Positions 60,301-64,000 of a DNA stretch of 64,000 nucleotides are shown piece after piece. The position numbers and the translations under genes were made by a program. The notes under the pieces are model-generated. The model did not search any database and was not told the DNA's origin. It saw only the letters and a list, made by a program, of their open reading frames with translations. Source of the stretch: Lingula anatina. Lineage: Eukaryota; Animalia; Brachiopoda. The DNA lies in NCBI GenBank assembly GCA_051362555.1, contig CM120641.1, forward strand, positions 42,104,401 to 42,168,400, given 5' to 3'. Position 1 is the first letter of the stretch; every line of letters starts with the position of its first letter.

Positions 60301-62333
60301 AGTGAAAGTGTCATGAATATAATATGTTGGAGAAATAAAGTGAAGGTTTCACAAAAAAGAAAGTGAAAGTGACGAAGTCAAGGCAATAAGAAGCAAAAAG
60401 TGACATGAACTGAATCTGACATATAGTGACAGTGGCCCAATATTTACCTGTATTCTGGTATGGAGTCTGTGGGGATACTGGGAAGGGTGGGGTAGCTAAG
60501 AAAATGAAAATAAAACTCAAATCTAATATCTCTCAAAATAAAATAATACTAAAAACAATGTCGCATAAGTTGAGTTGTCTAATACTTAAGACATGCTGTT
60601 GCTGGTTCATAATCATAATTGCTACATAGATTGCTAGCTCGTAAATAAATGGTGTTTCTTCTGACAAGAACATGCTGTTCTACAGCTCATCCACAACTAC
60701 TTAAAACATCAAACAAACTAATTACTGGCAAAAACTAGTCTACATGATTTGTTCCAAGTAAAAATCACCTAATATGCAATTTTTATTGAACATATAAATA
60801 CACCTACAGATATATTTTTGAATGCAACAATATTTAACTCAATGTAATGAATTAAAAACCATGCAAAAAAAAAAATGCACTCTAAAATATTATCATCAGG
60901 GTACAATCATTTTATAATTTACAAATCGGCACCAACAATGAACTTCCAAGGGAATTCCCCAATACAACTGTGGATTATTATTTCTATTTTATTTTATTAT
61001 TATTATTATTTTGCAAAACAATGATTTTTTCCAATGGCTGTTCCACCTACCTCCCACTGGAGAGGCCACAAAGCCAGCAGGTGTTGAGGGTCTGCTGGGG
61101 GGTCTGTCTGGCTCCACTGGCTGTAGACCTGGGCCTATTGGGCGCAGTGAGATCATGTCCTCCTCCAGATCTGACTTGGGACGCACTTCTTTCTTTGGCT
61201 GCAAAAGAAAAACAGCATGTTATCAATCAAGTTTTAAAAATATTCAAGTATTCACAACTGTGATTTCAATAGTGTTTGAGCATTTATAAGAGTTCGTTTA
61301 AGTTCTTGAAAATTCCACTCAGTTCATTTCTGCTACTGCAAAGAAAATAGGCTCTCCAAAAAGATTTTTTGCAATCTTAACAAAAAATTCATGATGTGTC
61401 AGTCAATTCAAATATTCAAAATACTGCCAAACTGAAAAAGGAGAAATACATGTAACCCAAACATCTACTGATAAAAAAATATCCAGAGTAAACTTTACAG
61501 CTCTTTCCTACAGGAGCACAAATTGTAGGGGACACACATCCATCACACTCCAATATCCTGTCCTCTTTGGGCCATGAAGGCTTTGTATAAAATTAATGAA
61601 TAGTGCAGAATAGAACACCCAGCAAGAACATCAATCTCTTTCTGTCCACATGCAAATGTTGCAAGTGATCAAGCTCTTTCTATTCACATTAGCCTACGCT
61701 GAATACAATGTAATCTTTTGCCTCAAGAGTCCTAGACTTTTTTTTTTAATTCAAACACAACAAAATAAAAAATGCTTAAATTTAAGGCCATGGACAATGG
61801 CCAGATAACACATAACACCATTTCTTTTCCTATCATTAGATCTTCTTTTTTTTTTCAATTTTGAGACATGAGATAAACTAGCAGCCTATGAATCCGTACA
61901 AAATGTGCCTTGTTGTAAGGGAGTTGAGTAAAAAAAGTCAATTTTGTCAAATATCACATGCTTCCAGAATACAGAATAATTCTTTATTCTATTATTTTCC
62001 TTTCACTAATATTTATAATGAGATAAACTTTCAAGTTTGATTCTTTAAAACTGATAATCAAACTAGTTCAGTTTTTTTTAAATAAAGTGCCTTTCCACTG
62101 AATTGATAACAAAGAAATAATATTTAATGACTACATAACTATACAGTTAAGAAATGATTAGCTATATGCTTTTTAATAACATGTTATAATTTTTTAAAAT
62201 TTACTTTGTCTCACCTTGTACTCAAATGTCCTACTGGTCTGCCAGGTATTAAAGTCTTGGACAGGCTGCTCCGGTGGCGGAGAGGCGGAGTCCGTCAATC
62301 TCTTCTCCAGTTCATCAAGACGCTTTTTAATAG
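45399..62333 (-). CDS. TNS: Tensin (Pro/Gln-rich middle region, SH2, PTB), 3' portion; 5' exons lie beyond the window
   Basis: Exons 62215-62333, 61051-61198, 60448-60495, 58190-58384, 56671-57580, 56470-56538, 56077-56279, 50581-50670, 48893-49018, 47982-48071, 47611-47703, 46858-46938, 46523-46691, 46158-46226, 45790-45834 and 45399-45540. SH2: [46 protein letters not shown]...LVRHFLIE...[21 protein letters not shown]: QGAACNVLF...ESLTGPQA...VHFKV...GITLTD...LFFRRHYP...IFGFVARK...CHLFAE. The tensin motif [10 protein letters not shown] is present. Confidence 0.93.
46305..46490. repeat. ~110-bp tandem duplication in a tensin intron
   Basis: TGTTCAA..AAATTTTGCTATATTCAAAAG...GAGTCCTGTAGTTA occurs at ~46323-46379 and ~46433-46490. 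Confidence 0.85.
48830..48868. repeat. poly-C tract
   Basis: Direct reading. Confidence 0.9.
49195..49209 (+). promoter_or_regulatory. CTCF-like motif in a tensin intron
   Basis: CCACCAGGTGGCACT is a full match to the CCASYAGRKGGCRS core. Confidence 0.4.
51306..51326 (-). CDS. Candidate 21-nt frame-preserving tensin microexon (GEICSIS)
   Basis: tttttag|GTGAAATATGCTCGATCTCAG|gtaaag is phase 1-1, matching the flanking exons, with no stop codon. Confidence 0.5.
52198..52222 (-). CDS. Candidate alternative first coding exon of tensin (MALLTLQE-), giving an SH2-PTB-only isoform
   Basis: ttttctgcatttttatcag|TCCAAGCAAAAA ATG GCG TTG TTG ACA TTA CAA GAA G|gtgagt. The Kozak context is strong and the phase-1 donor fits exon 50581-50670. 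Confidence 0.55.
60157..60435 (-). promoter_or_regulatory. Intronic YCAY cluster (Nova/Pasilla-type splicing element) downstream of a 48-nt tensin exon
   Basis: About 20 YCAY tetramers on the transcribed strand in ~280 nt, counted by eye. Confidence 0.6.
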
Positions 62334-62633
62334 CTGCATAGGAATACAACAGAGTATGCTATCACATGAGGGATCCACATTCATGCAAAGCTGTCAGTGT
62401 GCTTTCAAGGGGTATGAATACACAGAGAGGAGTGTTATAATACCCAGTGCCTACCAGCAACATGCTGTATAACAAAATATGAACGAGAAGAAAAAGAGTC
62501 GGCTGATGATCTAAAATTTCCACTGGTATCATTACATTACAGCTATGTCATTATCCTAACCTCTTTTGATCAAAACAAAAAGTTGTCAGTTGTGAGATTT
62601 CCAAAATGCAATATTTCATGTTAGAGCTTATAA

Positions 62634-62634
<1 letters not shown>

Positions 62635-62681
<47 letters not shown>
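62635..62681. repeat. poly-A tract (poly-U on the tensin pre-mRNA)
   Basis: Direct reading. Confidence 0.9.
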
Positions 62682-62684
<3 letters not shown>

Positions 62685-64000
62685 AAAATCTTAAGTTTCA
62701 ATATGTTTTACCTCGCTGAGCAATATACTGGAACATTATCCTTAAATGTAAAATATCTTCAACTTTAACAAATTGTAGAGAAAAAAAAGACTTCCCTCAG
62801 TATATTTTCAAAAAATATTACATTTGAACACTCCCTCTGTGTATTCCAGTTCCAACAAAATGGCAGCCATGGATGCAAGCTTGCGTCTGCTTGGCACTAC
62901 AGCCCGATAACTTAACACTTGCACAGAAATGTTACTATGAAGGGGTTGCCCAAGCTCTCCCAAACATCAAATGTTGAGTCTATCTAGCTGTGATATCATG
63001 TGCTCAAGTTACTGATAGCAAATAAAACATCAAAGCAACTGCCAATACAATGTACTAAACCATGTGGTGATGTTATGCAAATATTGTAGCAACACCCAAA
63101 TCCTATAAGGACATACTGATAATAATAAAGAACAGCCACCAAATTAAAGAACAAAATATGATTGACCACTGACTAATAAGCAAAACCGTAACAAATAACA
63201 TATAAGCCCCTGTAACATAGACCATTTCTCCCTTTAAAACAAAGTGCATAAAACAATACATCTGCATAACAACAGAAAAAAAAGTAACAACACTGAACAT
63301 ACACATAAGCAATGGGTTCCAAAACATGTAACTTCACATCAATTACAACATCAATCATAATCAATGAAACATTTAGCATTTAGGGTGTGCTAATGGCTGG
63401 GTTTTATCAATTTGTTTCATTCGTCTTTTTTTTTTTTTTTTTTTTTTTTGTTGATATTTTTCTTTTCTCACTTCTATTCAGGGGCAGTCAAGCATCATAA
63501 TTTTCACCTGTATTCACCTTATCATGCCAATTAAAAGTGAATGAAAATGAACACAAGGTACATTGTTCTTTATCCAATGGCCTTAGTGACTTCTAACATA
63601 TCAGTTACAGCATTTGATATCAATGGAATCTTTTTTAAGACCAAACAATAGAAAAATCTAATGGTTGATTGTAACAGGTTACGGGAAACAAAACAAGAAT
63701 TGTGGAGAATAAAAAAAAAAATTGAATGTATCTCAAATGAGATAAAGTAAAATGAAAAAAGGAAATAGTGGAAATTAAGCCTGTGAGCAGTATTTTCATC
63801 ATCATGGCCAAAACATTCCAAAATCAATGTGTTCTACAGACAATTCAATTAATTTCCTAATGAGTTCAACATAAACTAATACATTAAAAATAATTTTCTC
63901 AGAGTCAAATTACAAGAAAAATTACTGCTAGGCAGACATGTTAATGGAGCTACAATGTAACTATATAAGGGCTATTCATGCTAACACCATATTTATTAAT

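Noticed and set aside
1-64000. Most short ORFs in the six-frame track
   Set aside because: They are intronic or antisense ORFs of an AT-rich eukaryotic locus, or exon read-throughs. The real genes need splicing.

Overview
AT-rich, intron-rich animal genomic DNA with GT-AG spliceosomal introns. It is most consistent with a marine invertebrate such as a mollusc or other lophotrochozoan (inference); it is not prokaryotic. Hand-spliced gene models: (1) the 3' part of a carboxypeptidase E-like gene (+, 156-5643); (2) a complete MAD1L1 (-, 16 coding exons, 726 aa); (3) a complete 331-aa secreted coiled-coil gene nested antisense in a MAD1L1 intron; (4) a complete ABAT/GABA transaminase (+, 13 exons, 499 aa), head-to-head with MAD1L1; (5) a candidate small Cys-rich prepropeptide gene (-, ~32.6-33.5 kb); (6) a 451-aa secreted PAN-like/mucin/fibrinogen-like gene (-) whose start and promoter are tandemly triplicated together with a Helentron-type element; (7) the 3' part of a tensin gene (-). 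The tensin gene carries a candidate internal ATG exon giving an SH2-PTB-only isoform, a 21-nt microexon, a duplicated exon, and a dense YCAY (Nova-type) cluster beside a 48-nt cassette exon. Several MITE/foldback elements have readable TIRs and target-site duplications. All exon calls were made by eye, without transcript data.
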